From NCBI GenBank assembly GCA_014729145.1, contig WJKL01000031.1:1-35204 (forward strand): DNA of 35,204 bases, in the 5' to 3' direction. Shown piece by piece: positions 34,605 to 35,204 of the stretch. The stretch is from Candidatus Woesearchaeota archaeon. GTDB lineage: Archaea > Nanobdellota > Nanobdellia > Woesearchaeales > WJKL01. A program made the position numbers and the translations under genes. Under the pieces are notes generated by a model. That model saw only the letters and a program-made list of their open reading frames with translations. It did no database searches and was not told where the DNA came from. Numbering within the stretch: the stretch's first letter is position 1; each line of letters opens with the position of its first letter.

Positions 34605-35204
34605 CTGGACATTGAAGCTGTTTGCGTTGATTTTAATAGCTATGCTTAGCCTGAGCTTTGTTTCAGTATTAGCTGACGGAGAAACTGAAGCTGACAGTGG
34701 AAGCAGCGGCTCTGAAGAAATTTCAGAAAGCAGTGATTCTGGAGAAGAACAAAGTTCTGAAAGTTCAAGCGAGAGTTCAGGAGATGCTGATAGCCCAGAT
34801 AGTGGAAGTGATAAAGTAGAGATTGATTCTGACAGCGACAGCTCTGAAGAAATTATTGAAGAAGTTCCAGAAGAGAATGAAGAAGAAGCAATAGAATATG
34901 AATCCACAGATGATACTGCGGAAGACACTGCAGAAGAAACTACTGAAGAAGATTATGGTGCGGATGTTGGAGAAGAGACTGAAGTTGAAGAATTAGATGA
35001 TGGATCTGATGAAGATGTAATCAATGAGACAAATGTTGAGGAGTCAAGTGTAGCAAATGAATCTACCGAATCATCAGATAATGAGACTGCTGATTATGAT
35101 GCTGAGGTTAAGAATGGAACTGATGTTGAAGAAGTAGAAGAAGATTATGATGCAGATGTAAGTGAAGATACTGAAATAGAGGAGACTGAAGAAGATTATG
35201 ATGC
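34588..35204 (+). CDS. Secreted, extremely acidic Asp/Glu/Ser-rich repeat protein. It is 3'-truncated by the window edge and absent from the ORF track because no stop is reached.
   Basis: Hand translation from ATG 34588 is open to the end of the window: MKQTNNWTLKLFALILIAMLSLSFVSVLADGETEADSGSSGSEE...EEDYGADV...EEDYDADV...EEDYDA. It overlaps the HTH gene by 17 nt. Confidence 0.65.
   Translation, partial: MKQTNNWTLKLFALILIAMLSLSFVSVLADGETEADSGSSGSEEISESSDSGEEQSSESSSESSGDADSPDSGSDKVEIDSDSDSSEEIIEEVPEENEEEAIEYESTDDTAEDTAEETTEEDYGADVGEETEVEELDDGSDEDVINETNVEESSVANESTESSDNETADYDAEVKNGTDVEEVEEDYDADVSEDTEIEETEEDYD

Noticed and set aside
1-35204. CRISPR arrays, cas genes, restriction-modification or other canonical defence operons, and rRNA genes.
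   Set aside because: No regularly spaced direct repeats and no recognisable Cas, REase or MTase motifs were seen on either strand. The only repeats are those listed: the S4 tandem duplication, the inverted repeats and the ACTTACATA triplet.

Overview
This window is a visibly AT-rich, gene-dense archaeal segment. tRNA introns, TATA-box promoters about 25 nt upstream of the RNA genes, Topo VI, archaeal DnaG, NAC, Sec61-beta and the S13-S4-S11-RpoD-tRNA-L18e-L13-S9-RpoN operon all indicate archaea. The small-genome look and the lysine- or acid-rich tails suggest a DPANN-like lineage, but that is inference only. Most of the window is information-processing housekeeping: the GyrA C-terminus, RNase P RNA, SRP RNA, tRNA-His and tRNA-Leu (both with introns), LeuRS, TrpRS, DnaG and Topo VI A/B. 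Several genes look bacterial in type: gyrA, a LeuRS that aligns with E. coli LeuS, and a Leptospira-type CimA/LeuA-family synthase. I found no CRISPR array, transposase or integrase. The parts that deserve a second look are listed here. (1) A translationally coupled module of a nucleotidyltransferase, two paralogous small helical proteins and a MinD/ParA ATPase (3.6-6.0 kb). (2) tRNA-His, which has a second, non-canonical intron in the T-loop. (3) A 14-nt perfect inverted copy of the SRP RNA helix-8 motif just outside the SRP gene. (4) A 700-bp non-coding region between dnaG and the KH/Topo VI operon. It holds an inverted repeat flanking an AT-rich spacer, a 73-nt cloverleaf-like GC island, and a run of G4/C4 hairpins with mutually exclusive pairings. 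(5) A terminal cell-surface locus (30.5-35.2 kb) with four beta-sandwich envelope proteins, a small uncharged pilin-like secreted subunit, a duplicated-HTH regulator preceded by three direct repeats, and a very acidic secreted protein. All functional calls come from motif recognition by eye; no searches were run.
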